IMG/VR virus record: IMGVR_UViG_3300003937_000247
Strand: one strand, 5' to 3'
Origin: a virus
DNA: 64,000 nucleotides
The notes under the pieces were generated by a model. That model saw only the letters and a program-made list of their open reading frames with translations. It searched no databases and was not told where the DNA came from. A program made the position numbers and the translations under genes. Of this stretch, positions 1 to 7,966 are shown in pieces (the first letter of the stretch is position 1; every line of letters starts with the position of its first letter).

Positions 1-33
1 AACAATCATTAAAAGATATAAGGGGTAAATAAT

Positions 34-141
34 ATGCTTTGGTTAATATTAATATGTATGTTGCTGGGATATATTATAGCAACAAGAAATGAAATTATTA
101 GTTATTTAAAAATGAAATGGGATAAATTTAAACAATGCTAG
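34..141 (+). CDS. small membrane protein (35 aa)
   Basis: Read manually: MLWLILICMLLGYIIATRNE...; SD-like AGGGG upstream; one hydrophobic segment. Confidence 0.5.
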   Translation: MLWLILICMLLGYIIATRNEIISYLKMKWDKFKQC

Positions 142-161
142 TGTGGGCAGAAAGACAAGGT

Positions 162-308
162 ATGAGTGATACAGAAATATTATTTTGGCATAGAGTTGAA
201 AACCTAGAGAAGGCAATTGAGAATGCCCAAAGTATAGATTTTAAAGCGGTATGGACAGATAAGTTAAGAGAACTTATGAAGAAACTACCAAAACGATTAA
301 TTAACTAG
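162..308 (+). CDS. hypothetical protein (48 aa)
   Basis: Read manually: MSDTEILFWHRVENLEKA...; AAGGT upstream; packed in the small-ORF run. Confidence 0.55.
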   Translation: MSDTEILFWHRVENLEKAIENAQSIDFKAVWTDKLRELMKKLPKRLIN

Positions 309-317
309 GAGTATATT

Positions 318-500
318 ATGATTGAACTATTAAAATTTATAGAAGAATTAAAAGAAATTAAAGAACAATTACATAAAGGTAAATTGTTAGCACAAAAGGA
401 AACGTATGACGTTTTAAAAAGTGTTCAAAATAAAATAGATAAATATGAAAAACAAGTAAGGGACTTTGAGGACGAAATGGCTAGTTCCATTGTAATGTAG
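318..500 (+). CDS. hypothetical coiled-coil protein
   Basis: ORF track; AGGAG SD at ~307-311. Confidence 0.65.
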   Translation: MIELLKFIEELKEIKEQLHKGKLLAQKETYDVLKSVQNKIDKYEKQVRDFEDEMASSIVM

Positions 501-502
501 TT

Positions 503-652
503 ATGCCAGGTAAATGGGACGGGAAAAGTAGAATACCAACTAAAAAATATAAAGATAATTATAATAGAATCTTTAATGTCAAAAATACACAAAAGAATAT
601 TAAAGTTAAAAAAAATATTAGACAAGAAGGCTTTAAGAGAACCAAGAAGTAG
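503..652 (+). CDS. small basic phage protein (DGKSR..Y..NYNRIF type)
   Basis: Read manually: MPGKWDGKSRIPTKKYKDNYNRIF..., a motif typical of small marine phage ORFs. Confidence 0.5.
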   Translation: MPGKWDGKSRIPTKKYKDNYNRIFNVKNTQKNIKVKKNIRQEGFKRTKK

Positions 653-722
653 AAAACAAAAAATAGATAGAATTAATTGGGAAAGGGTAAGAACAATTTT
701 ACACAAACGTTATGAAAGATAA
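576..722 (+). CDS. small basic hypothetical protein (48 aa)
   Basis: Read manually: MSKIHKRILKLKKILDKKALREPR...; overlaps both neighbours. Confidence 0.45.
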   Translation: MSKIHKRILKLKKILDKKALREPRSRKQKIDRINWERVRTILHKRYER

Positions 723-1005
723 AGTTATAGAAGAATTAAAAAAGGTTTATGATCCAGAAATGCCATCAATTGATGTGTTTAATCTAGGATTGATATATGA
801 CATTGACATTAAGGATAAAGATGTTACTATTACACATACATTAACATCCATGCTTTGTCCTATGGCAGATCAAATAAGCAAAGACATTAAAGAAGCTGCA
901 GAGCGAGTAGAAGGTGTCGGTACTGTAAAGGTTATACTTACACATACACCACCATTTACTAGAGAAATGTTAAGTGAAGAAGCAAAATTAATATTAAATT
1001 TATGA
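712..1005 (+). CDS. sufT: SufT/DUF59 (PaaD-like) Fe-S cluster maturation protein
   Basis: V-x-DPE...D(V)xxLGLIY...TLTSxxCP, the DUF59 signature. Confidence 0.9.
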   Translation: MKDKVIEELKKVYDPEMPSIDVFNLGLIYDIDIKDKDVTITHTLTSMLCPMADQISKDIKEAAERVEGVGTVKVILTHTPPFTREMLSEEAKLILNL

Positions 1006-1241
1006 CACATAAAAAAAGTGAAGTGTTGAGAATATTAGAAGGAACTACAATTACTAATTTTTTTGCCAAGGTATCAAATTGTTTTATGAAAACAACAGAT
1101 AAAGATTTTTTAGAACACGCCAAAAAAGAACAAGAAGAATTAGAGTCATCTATGAAATCTTCCAGACACCAAGAGTATGTTAGAAAAGAAATGGATAAAA
1201 TTAGAGCAGAAGGTAAAATGAAGGAAGAAAAGAACGAATAG
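1002..1241 (+). CDS. hypothetical protein
   Basis: ORF track; ATGA overlap with sufT. Confidence 0.55.
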   Translation: MTHKKSEVLRILEGTTITNFFAKVSNCFMKTTDKDFLEHAKKEQEELESSMKSSRHQEYVRKEMDKIRAEGKMKEEKNE

Positions 1242-1264
1242 AACAAAAAGGTGCTGATTTAAAA

Positions 1265-1627
1265 ATGTTAGAAGGACACGACAGATTGCATTACCTCATA
1301 GACATTGCTAAAGATGTAACACCACTTCCTAATGAAGTTAAAATAGAGGAAAATAGAATACGTGGTTGTGCTAGTAATTTATGGTTAATAGGTGGGTGTA
1401 ACGAAGATAATACAATGATATATAAAATAGACGCTGAAGCCTTTATAACAAAAGGTACAGCTAAACTTGTAACTGATCTTGTACAAGATTGTCCTAAAGA
1501 TGAAGTTGCTAGTTTAACAATTGATGATTTTCTACCTTTAGGGATTAGAGAGTTATTAACAATGCAAAGACAGAATGGTCTAGGCAGTTTAATTGAAAGG
1601 ATAGTATCAATAGCGAGTACTAAATAA
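1265..1627 (+). CDS. sufE: SufE-family sulfur acceptor protein
   Basis: R..YLID...ENRIRGCASNLW (conserved Cys)...DA.AFITKG...LT.QRQNGL. Confidence 0.9.
   Translation: MLEGHDRLHYLIDIAKDVTPLPNEVKIEENRIRGCASNLWLIGGCNEDNTMIYKIDAEAFITKGTAKLVTDLVQDCPKDEVASLTIDDFLPLGIRELLTMQRQNGLGSLIERIVSIASTK
1619..1626 (+). promoter_or_regulatory. T4-type late promoter (ACTAAATA), 5 nt before ATG
   Basis: Variant of the TATAAATA gp55 consensus directly upstream of the 1632 start. Confidence 0.55.
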
Positions 1628-1631
1628 ACAT

Positions 1632-2018
1632 ATGGATAAGATAATTGAATTTATACAAGATAATATAAACTTTTTAAATAACATACAAAGTTATCATTGG
1701 CAGACTAGGTCATATTCTGAACACGAAACTTTAACTGAATACCACGAAAAGTTTAATAGATTAAATGATGAGTTTGTGGAAGCATGGCAAGGCAAAACAG
1801 GCCAACGAGTTAATTTTAGTGCCGAGTTAAGACCAGGCATAATGAACTATGCTGATAACAGACAAGTTTCAGGAGATGTACAAAGACAAGCTTTAAGTAT
1901 AGAAGAATTTTCTAAATTAAAAGAGGTGCAAGGCCAAATAGATTTAGAAAGTGTATTAGAAGATATGCTTTTATGTACCAATCAGTTACTATATCATTTA
2001 ACCTTAATCTGTAAATAA
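1632..2018 (+). CDS. ferritin/Dps-like four-helix protein (DUF5856-like)
   Basis: YHWQT.SYSEH..L..Y......D.FVE..QG and C-terminal QLLYHLTL. Confidence 0.75.
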   Translation: MDKIIEFIQDNINFLNNIQSYHWQTRSYSEHETLTEYHEKFNRLNDEFVEAWQGKTGQRVNFSAELRPGIMNYADNRQVSGDVQRQALSIEEFSKLKEVQGQIDLESVLEDMLLCTNQLLYHLTLICK

Positions 2019-2332
2019 TGCCAACATACACATTTAAAAATAAGAAGACAGGTAAAGTATTTACTGATATGATGAGCATTGCTGATAAGGAAGAATACTT
2101 GTCTAAAAATAAACACATTACACAAGAAATAACAAAGCTTAATATTGTTGCTGGGGTTAGTGGTCAAAGTTATAGAAGCGATTCAGGTTGGAAAGAAACA
2201 CTATCAAAGGTTGCAGAAGCACACCCATTGAGCCCATTAGCAGGAGAAATGGGTACACGGTCAACAAAACAAATCAAAACACAACAAGTTATGAAAAAGC
2301 ATAAGGCTAGGCAAAGTGCAAAAACTAAATAA
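2018..2332 (+). CDS. FmdB-like regulatory protein (Cys-less zinc-ribbon type, conserved in T4-like phages)
   Basis: MPTYTF.N..TG..F...MS.....YL; DSGWKETLSKVAEAHP. Confidence 0.75.
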   Translation: MPTYTFKNKKTGKVFTDMMSIADKEEYLSKNKHITQEITKLNIVAGVSGQSYRSDSGWKETLSKVAEAHPLSPLAGEMGTRSTKQIKTQQVMKKHKARQSAKTK

Positions 2333-2756
2333 TAGAGATATAATACAAAGCGAGCAACTGAAACGCAACGGTCGTATACCAGAGTCTAGTAGGTCAATCC
2401 GCTTATTGTATAATCTCATAGGGCAGGAGTTATCCTGCTTAAAACACAAGAGAGTCCTGCCCATAGCTATGGTTGGTCTATTATTGTCGGGTTGTGGTAG
2501 TTTACCAGCGTTTGTTGGTACTAGTGCCAGTACATATGAAACGTACAAAACAATAACATTTACAAAAACAGGAGCCGATATTGCTTTAGCCGCAAATGAT
2601 ATGCCTACCACCAACGATTATGCCCTATCCAAGATAACAGGCTATGATTGTAAGGTTAGTAGAGTATTAGATGAAGGCTTAGAAGCAGTATGTCAAAGCA
2701 TAAAAGTACACGCACCAGACGGCACCACAATTAACAAAAACAAGGAGAAAAAATAA
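2316..2756 (+). CDS. putative lipoprotein (start uncertain)
   Basis: KHKR + hydrophobic stretch + LSGC lipobox; TTNDYALS.ITG.DC..R motif. Confidence 0.6.
   Translation: MQKLNNRDIIQSEQLKRNGRIPESSRSIRLLYNLIGQELSCLKHKRVLPIAMVGLLLSGCGSLPAFVGTSASTYETYKTITFTKTGADIALAANDMPTTNDYALSKITGYDCKVSRVLDEGLEAVCQSIKVHAPDGTTINKNKEKK
2335..2462 (+). ncRNA. candidate structured RNA or cis-regulatory leader
   Basis: Long interrupted stem 2335-2352/2400-2417 just downstream of late-promoter motif ACTAAATA (2324-2331); GGGCAGGA has two alternative partners. Confidence 0.3.
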
Positions 2757-3154
2757 TGGCAAAAGATATTCCAGATTTTATGAGGGAATTTGATACGGAT
2801 GTAGATTATGGTTTTACTCCTGTATCACAGAAACCAGCTGACGAAACAACACAGCCAGCTATTGACCCGAAAGCAATTGATAGCCAAAGTTTAGAATTAG
2901 CAAAAGTAAAGGGTGATGTTTCTGATATTAAAAGTATGATGAACGAAGTTATGCAGATTGTAGCTGAGAAAGATACTGTTAATAAAGAAATACAGGACGC
3001 TGATATCGTAGGAAGATTTAAAGAGATTGAAAAGATTGTACTACCATTTTTATACAATCTTTCAAAATCCAGTGAACCATATATACATTGGCCAAATAGA
3101 GGTCCAATTATTAAGGCACAAATGGATAAATTATTAAAACTAACAAGGGGGTAA
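2756..3154 (+). CDS. conserved T4-like marine phage hypothetical protein
   Basis: DYGFTPV and LPFLYNL.K...YIHWPNR motifs; AAGGAG SD. Confidence 0.75.
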   Translation: MAKDIPDFMREFDTDVDYGFTPVSQKPADETTQPAIDPKAIDSQSLELAKVKGDVSDIKSMMNEVMQIVAEKDTVNKEIQDADIVGRFKEIEKIVLPFLYNLSKSSEPYIHWPNRGPIIKAQMDKLLKLTRG

Positions 3155-3157
3155 TAT

Positions 3158-3331
3158 ATGTTAGAGCAAAAGGCACATCATAAAGAACTTAAAAGAGCAG
3201 TCAACGAAATTGAAACAAAAAGATTAAACGACAGGTCTTTTAAATCGTGGTTTGATTTAAGAACCCTAAAGAAGATTAAACTACAAGCAAAGGATAAATT
3301 AAATGAGATTAAGCAAAAATTTCACGCTTAA
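3158..3331 (+). CDS. small coiled-coil protein, DUF465/YdcH-like (57 aa)
   Basis: Read manually: HKELKRAVNEIE...LRTLKKIKLQAKDKL. Confidence 0.55.
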   Translation: MLEQKAHHKELKRAVNEIETKRLNDRSFKSWFDLRTLKKIKLQAKDKLNEIKQKFHA

Positions 3332-3803
3332 AGAGTTAGTAACCAGTCAAACTGCTGAACGTAAGGGTATTAATAATAACCCTAACGAGGATCAGATTGA
3401 AGGATTACAAAGATTATGTGAAAATATTTTACAACCAGTCCGTGACCAATATGCTACACCTGTCACAGTATCAAGTGGATTTAGAAGTCCCGATTTATGT
3501 GTGGCAATAGGATCATCTATAAACTCACAACACGCAAAAGGCCAAGCCGCTGATTTTGAAATCTTTGGAGTGTCTAATCAGGAATTAGCACATTACATAG
3601 ATAAAAATTTAGACTATGATCAGCTTATCTTGGAGTATTGGAAACCAGAAGAACCTAGTAGTGGTTGGATTCATTGCTCTTTTAAAAATAAAGAAGATAA
3701 TAGAAAGCAATTTTTAAGAGCATATAGAGATCATAATGGCAAAACGAAGTATGAGGAATACTCATATAGGGTTCACGCAAAACCTAAGCCAGCTAGTGAG
3801 TGA
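3303..3803 (+). CDS. peptidase M15A (D-Ala-D-Ala Zn metallopeptidase, endolysin-like)
   Basis: LSKNFTL.E; SSGFRS; SQH.KGQAAD; GWIHCS Zn-ligand motifs. Confidence 0.9.
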   Translation: MRLSKNFTLKELVTSQTAERKGINNNPNEDQIEGLQRLCENILQPVRDQYATPVTVSSGFRSPDLCVAIGSSINSQHAKGQAADFEIFGVSNQELAHYIDKNLDYDQLILEYWKPEEPSSGWIHCSFKNKEDNRKQFLRAYRDHNGKTKYEEYSYRVHAKPKPASE

Positions 3804-3855
3804 ACGGCAGAAGAAATTAATAATTTATACACCGAGAAGGGTGTATAATGACAGC

Positions 3856-3884
3856 TTGACACGCTTGAAATAGTGTGATATAAT
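3856..3884 (+). promoter_or_regulatory. sigma70-type early/middle promoter
   Basis: TTGACA-17 nt-TATAAT with extended -10 TG. Confidence 0.8.
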
Positions 3885-3912
3885 TGTTATATAAAATTAA
3901 GGAAGGTATATT

Positions 3913-4623
3913 ATGGCTTTTAATTATATAAAACTGAATGAAGATGTATTGCCTAAATCTTTAGGTGTGAAAGGTAAGAACCGAGATGGTGTAAGATATT
4001 ATACTATTGACGGTGTTAATATGCCTTCCGTTACCTCAATATTAGGACAATTACCCGAAAAGAAAAAAATATTAGACGCATGGAGAACAGCTGTTGGTGA
4101 GAAGATGGCTAAATATATTTCTGTGACGGCTACAACAAGGGGTAAAACTACCCACACTCTCATAGAAAACCATTTAAGAAACGAAGATAAAAAATCTAAC
4201 GGCATAACTGCTGTGACACCATTAGGTCTTTTTAGAATTATGAGACCTTATCTTGCTAGACTAGATAACATACATTGTTTAGAAGAATACCTATATTCAA
4301 AAGAAATAGGTGTAGCAGGTCAGGTAGATTGTATTGCAGAATATAAAGGTAAGTTATCTGTAGTTGATTTTAAAACTTCTACAAAGAGAAGGGACGCAGA
4401 TTACAATTACGGTAACTTCTTACAGACTTCAGCATATGCTAAAATGTTTGAAGAATTATTTCCCGATAAGAAAATAGAACAAACTGTTATTTTAGCTGCT
4501 TGTGAAGACGGATTTGTACAAGAGTGGATACACGGAGTAGATAAGGTAAAAGAACACCAAGAGTTGTTTTATAAACACGCAAAAGATTTTTTAGATAGTC
4601 ATTCCTTCAATTCTACCTATTGA
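3913..4623 (+). CDS. PD-(D/E)xK exonuclease (T4-like phage, Cas4/RecB-like)
   Basis: PSVTSIL; RG...H; AGQVDCIAEY.G.LSVVDFKTS; Q..AYA. Confidence 0.88.
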   Translation: MAFNYIKLNEDVLPKSLGVKGKNRDGVRYYTIDGVNMPSVTSILGQLPEKKKILDAWRTAVGEKMAKYISVTATTRGKTTHTLIENHLRNEDKKSNGITAVTPLGLFRIMRPYLARLDNIHCLEEYLYSKEIGVAGQVDCIAEYKGKLSVVDFKTSTKRRDADYNYGNFLQTSAYAKMFEELFPDKKIEQTVILAACEDGFVQEWIHGVDKVKEHQELFYKHAKDFLDSHSFNSTY

Positions 4624-4703
4624 TTTAGCACACATCTTTAATAAATAGTTTAATAAAGATTAAACCAAAAGATATTCAAAAATATCAGCAAAGAGGAAAC
4701 GAA

Positions 4704-5147
4704 ATGAAGAAATTTCTAGCTTCTATATTAATGTCAGTTTTATTAATATTTGTTGTAATGCAATTTGCGAATGCTGAAGAACCAAAACTACTTGATGAAG
4801 AACCAAAGATAAAGAGAGAATCACCTGAAGTAACGCCATATGAAGAAGGCAGACTTTATTGGATGCAAATGCCAGTTGTTTGTGGTACTACTAAAACAGT
4901 AAAAGATTATATTGATGAACATAAATTTATATTAGTTTATGTTGGTGTTGGTAAACAAGGTGGTAAAGATACTGGCGAACCAGTTTACTTGATAAGTGAA
5001 TATGTAACGCAAGATATGAAACAATCTTTGTCAGTAACAACAACATTGACATTAACAGAATCGTGTATAATGTTAAGAGGTTTTGATTTACAGTTTAGAA
5101 AATCACCTTTAACAAAGGGGACTTCAATATTGGAGCTCCAAACTTGA
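4704..5147 (+). CDS. secreted hypothetical protein
   Basis: Signal peptide (ANA|E); W.QMPVVCG...ESCI motif. Confidence 0.7.
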   Translation: MKKFLASILMSVLLIFVVMQFANAEEPKLLDEEPKIKRESPEVTPYEEGRLYWMQMPVVCGTTKTVKDYIDEHKFILVYVGVGKQGGKDTGEPVYLISEYVTQDMKQSLSVTTTLTLTESCIMLRGFDLQFRKSPLTKGTSILELQT

Positions 5148-5154
5148 AATTTGA

Positions 5155-5389
5155 CGTTGAAGAATAGACAATAACTAGTGAGGACGTGGGTGCGATTCCC
5201 ACCACCTCCACCAATTCAAAACACATTATAGTGTGCTTTAAGGGGGTGAGTAGATTCGACTGCTACTAAAACTATTTGGAGTTAAATCGCTGACAGCGTA
5301 CTGTTAAAACTATAAACGACAATCACATAGATTATCGTATGGCTGCTTAGGCAGTCGGGGTTTGCCTGTACCTTGCAACAGAAACAGGC
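5155..5389 (+). ncRNA. ssrA: circularly permuted (two-piece) tmRNA, alphaproteobacterial type; tag (A)DNHIDYRMAA
   Basis: T-arm GTGGG-TGCGATT-CCCAC and acceptor 3' strand CACCTCC-A-CCA (to 5213) precede the 5' strand GGGGGTG (5242-5248), which pairs fully including G3:U70; tag ORF 5318-5350 after TAAAC, ends AA-stop; outer ends approximate. Confidence 0.92.
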
Positions 5390-5417
5390 TTGACATTTTA
5401 CGCTAATATGATATAAT
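5390..5417 (+). promoter_or_regulatory. sigma70-type promoter
   Basis: TTGACA-16 nt-TATAAT with extended -10 TG. Confidence 0.7.
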
Positions 5418-5441
5418 ATATTAATAAGAGGTAAAAATTAT

Positions 5442-5669
5442 ATGAGTACATTTATGAATGATGATGAACAAGACCGAGCAAATGCAGCTACCTATGAAGA
5501 CGAGGTGACTTCCAGAAGAACGGTTACTATCCCATTAAGAGAATACGACAAATTAAAAGAAGAACAACATTTTATCAAAGACAAATCATTGATTGCTGTT
5601 ATTGATAAGATTGAAGAATTAGTTAGAGCATTAAGAAAGCACATAGTTAGAACTAATGCTAATGAATAG
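5442..5669 (+). CDS. hypothetical protein
   Basis: ORF track; GAGG SD; VTIPLREYDKL motif. Confidence 0.7.
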   Translation: MSTFMNDDEQDRANAATYEDEVTSRRTVTIPLREYDKLKEEQHFIKDKSLIAVIDKIEELVRALRKHIVRTNANE

Positions 5670-5877
5670 TAAAAAGTTTGCTCTGATAATAGAAGGTATT
5701 GTCAAAGAAAAAAAAATGTCCTATATGGATGCTGTAGTCAAATATTGTGGAGATAATGATATTGATACAGCGTCTGTAGGACCTTTAGTCAACAAAGTAT
5801 TAAAAGAGAAGATAAAAGAAGAGGCAGAAAACCTAAACTTGGTTGAGAAATCAAGTACAGCAATCTTACCCCTATGA
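5656..5877 (+). CDS. gp33: late promoter transcription coactivator gp33
   Basis: F...IE..V......YMDA...YC..N.ID......L.EKI..EA..LN; adjacent to gp59. Confidence 0.88.
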   Translation: MLMNSKKFALIIEGIVKEKKMSYMDAVVKYCGDNDIDTASVGPLVNKVLKEKIKEEAENLNLVEKSSTAILPL

Positions 5878-6476
5878 ATAGTTATGAAGCATATACATTA
5901 TATTTAGCCATTAAACTTCACTTTACTTCTGATTCTTATGATTTCTACAAACACAATGCTAAAGTCAATTCATCATTTAATACATTTTTGAAACGCAATG
6001 ATAGATTCTTTTTTCACAAACTTACAACTAAATACAATAAGGAAGAGATGTTAGATTATTTTGTATGTAATTTCTTTCACAATTCAAAGACTTGGATTGG
6101 AGATTTAGTTAGAGCAGATGGAGAAACTATTTACAATAAATGGAAAAAGTATAATCAATCATTTACGTACAATTTTAGAGGCGATTGTGTACTTCTTTCT
6201 AATACTATCAATGATGGTAGTATTCAGTTTGATGATCTGTTTAGTGTTTCTAAAGGTCAGCATCCAAAATTGCTACGACTATTTCTATCACAAAAAATAT
6301 CAATCCAAACGTTAATCATACTAGATAAAGTTTTATCCTTTATTAAAAAATGGGATAAGGAGATTGCTGAGAATATTATCTGGCCTGAAAAATCATTTAA
6401 AGTCAAAAAACTACAACCATTTATAAACTTCAATTTAACAAAGTGTAAATTTATTATGAAAGAGATTTTTGTATGA
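5874..6476 (+). CDS. gp59: helicase loader gp59
   Basis: Y..YLAIKLHF...YDF.K; F.KR.D.FFF.KL; HP.LL; IS.QTL.ILD. Confidence 0.92.
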   Translation: MNSYEAYTLYLAIKLHFTSDSYDFYKHNAKVNSSFNTFLKRNDRFFFHKLTTKYNKEEMLDYFVCNFFHNSKTWIGDLVRADGETIYNKWKKYNQSFTYNFRGDCVLLSNTINDGSIQFDDLFSVSKGQHPKLLRLFLSQKISIQTLIILDKVLSFIKKWDKEIAENIIWPEKSFKVKKLQPFINFNLTKCKFIMKEIFV

Positions 6477-6637
6477 GTGAAAAGAAACTTACAGAAAAAG
6501 AAGTTAGAAAAGAATATAAAGACCACAGAAAAGATAAAGCATTTGCACAATGTTGGCCTGATACAAATCGTGCCTTCTATGAATGGTGCTCAGGTTATTT
6601 AAATTATAAACACATAAAAGAAAAAGATGTCAGATAG
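6473..6637 (+). CDS. hypothetical protein (54 aa)
   Basis: Read manually: MSEKKLTEKEVRKEY...CWPDTNRAFYEWC; fills the gap with overlapping start/stop. Confidence 0.55.
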   Translation: MSEKKLTEKEVRKEYKDHRKDKAFAQCWPDTNRAFYEWCSGYLNYKHIKEKDVR

Positions 6638-6992
6638 ATTCCCTACAGCAGAAGAAAGAGCATTTGGTAAAATCAAAGAGAAGATTGACCCTATTGAAGA
6701 AAAACTAGATGAGAAGATTGCTAAACTAAACAGCAGCCGTGTATATAAAAAGGTTACACCAAAAGGTGACCTGTCTTGGTATGTAAAATGGGTATCAGTT
6801 TTTCTTATACTGTTTGCAACTATGGCCAGAAGTGTAGGTACAATACCACAGTATGATATGTGGTTAGGTTTGTTTGGTACAGCAGGTTGGGCATACGTAG
6901 GATTCTTATGGCACGATAGAGCATTATTATTTTTGAATGCAATATTGGTATCTTTATTATTATTAGGATTGACGAATTATTATTTTTTATGA
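6627..6992 (+). CDS. small membrane protein (DUF6552-like)
   Basis: SWYVKW...G..GW..VG.LWHDRAL..LN; three hydrophobic segments. Confidence 0.7.
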   Translation: MSDRFPTAEERAFGKIKEKIDPIEEKLDEKIAKLNSSRVYKKVTPKGDLSWYVKWVSVFLILFATMARSVGTIPQYDMWLGLFGTAGWAYVGFLWHDRALLFLNAILVSLLLLGLTNYYFL

Positions 6993-7828
6993 TTAGAACA
7001 TTTTTAATTGGTAATGGTGAGAGTCGTAAAGACTTTGATTTAAATGTATTGAAACCTTATGGCAAGATATATGGTTGTAATGCCATTTATAGAGACCATC
7101 CTGACCTATGTGACGCATTGATAGCTGTTGACGCTGGTATGATACACGAATTATATCATAATGGTATGTGTGCTGATGTGCCTTGCTATTTTAGAGAATG
7201 GACCAAAGTACCTATTCATATGTATGATACAATGTTACAAAGTATGCTACAAACACAAAACAAAGAACAGGCTGATTTGGTTGTAGAGAACGAAAGAGGT
7301 GAGAGCGACCACTTTGTTATGAACGCTCATACTATTAAAGGTCCTGTTGTCATACGAAAAGCAAATGATGATAGAGAGAAAAAAAATATAGACAATGCTC
7401 ACATATATGTGTCTTGGATAAAAGAACCAGACAAGTCACACAATATATCTGAATGTTGTTTTGGCGCTGAAGATTTAGGTTGGTGTGCAGGTACTACAAG
7501 TGGGTATGTTGCTAGTCTAGTTGAAGCACCAGATGAAATGTATCTAATAGGACAAGACCTTATATCAGATACAAAGACAGTTAACAATCTATACAAATCT
7601 ACAAGGTATTATGTATCAGAACATTTTGAGCCCAATCCGTCAGGTATATGGGAAACAGAATGGCTCACACTTATGCAGAACAACCCTAACGTTAAGTTTT
7701 ACAAAGTGAATAAGGCATTTGATGATAAACCTACTAATCAAAAAGTAGAGAGATTCGCAGTACAGGAAGACAAGAATTTAGAGTATATCACCCAAGCACA
7801 GCTGCTTGACAAAATGAGTAAATGGTGA
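6989..7828 (+). CDS. Rossmann-like transferase (GT29/MptE-like IGNGESR family)
   Basis: IGNGESR..FDL; YGCNAIYRD; YLIG.D. Confidence 0.6.
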   Translation: MIRTFLIGNGESRKDFDLNVLKPYGKIYGCNAIYRDHPDLCDALIAVDAGMIHELYHNGMCADVPCYFREWTKVPIHMYDTMLQSMLQTQNKEQADLVVENERGESDHFVMNAHTIKGPVVIRKANDDREKKNIDNAHIYVSWIKEPDKSHNISECCFGAEDLGWCAGTTSGYVASLVEAPDEMYLIGQDLISDTKTVNNLYKSTRYYVSEHFEPNPSGIWETEWLTLMQNNPNVKFYKVNKAFDDKPTNQKVERFAVQEDKNLEYITQAQLLDKMSKW

Positions 7829-7834
7829 TATTAT
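7806..7834 (+). promoter_or_regulatory. sigma70-type promoter for gp32
   Basis: TTGACA-17 nt-TATTAT with extended TG; a late TATAAATA also lies at 7899-7906. Confidence 0.7.
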
Positions 7835-7966
7835 ATAATAATAATAGAATTTTATCTTAATTATGAGATAAAAAAAAGGGTTAATAGTATAACAAAAGTA
7901 TAAATAATAACATACTTACATTAATACAATTAATACGTACAACAATATATACAAGGAGAAAATACA

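Noticed and set aside
3801-3848. Selenocysteine codon with a SECIS element
   Set aside because: Hairpin spacing is compatible, but the position is a non-catalytic tail with no Cys/redox context
3913-4623. Cas4-like nuclease as a sign of CRISPR-Cas
   Set aside because: Standard T4-like exonuclease; no repeat-spacer array or cas genes seen in the window
5186-5213. Stand-alone tRNA fragment or attP site
   Set aside because: Pairs with the downstream GGGGGTG and tag ORF, so it is explained as the acceptor piece of the tmRNA; no integrase present
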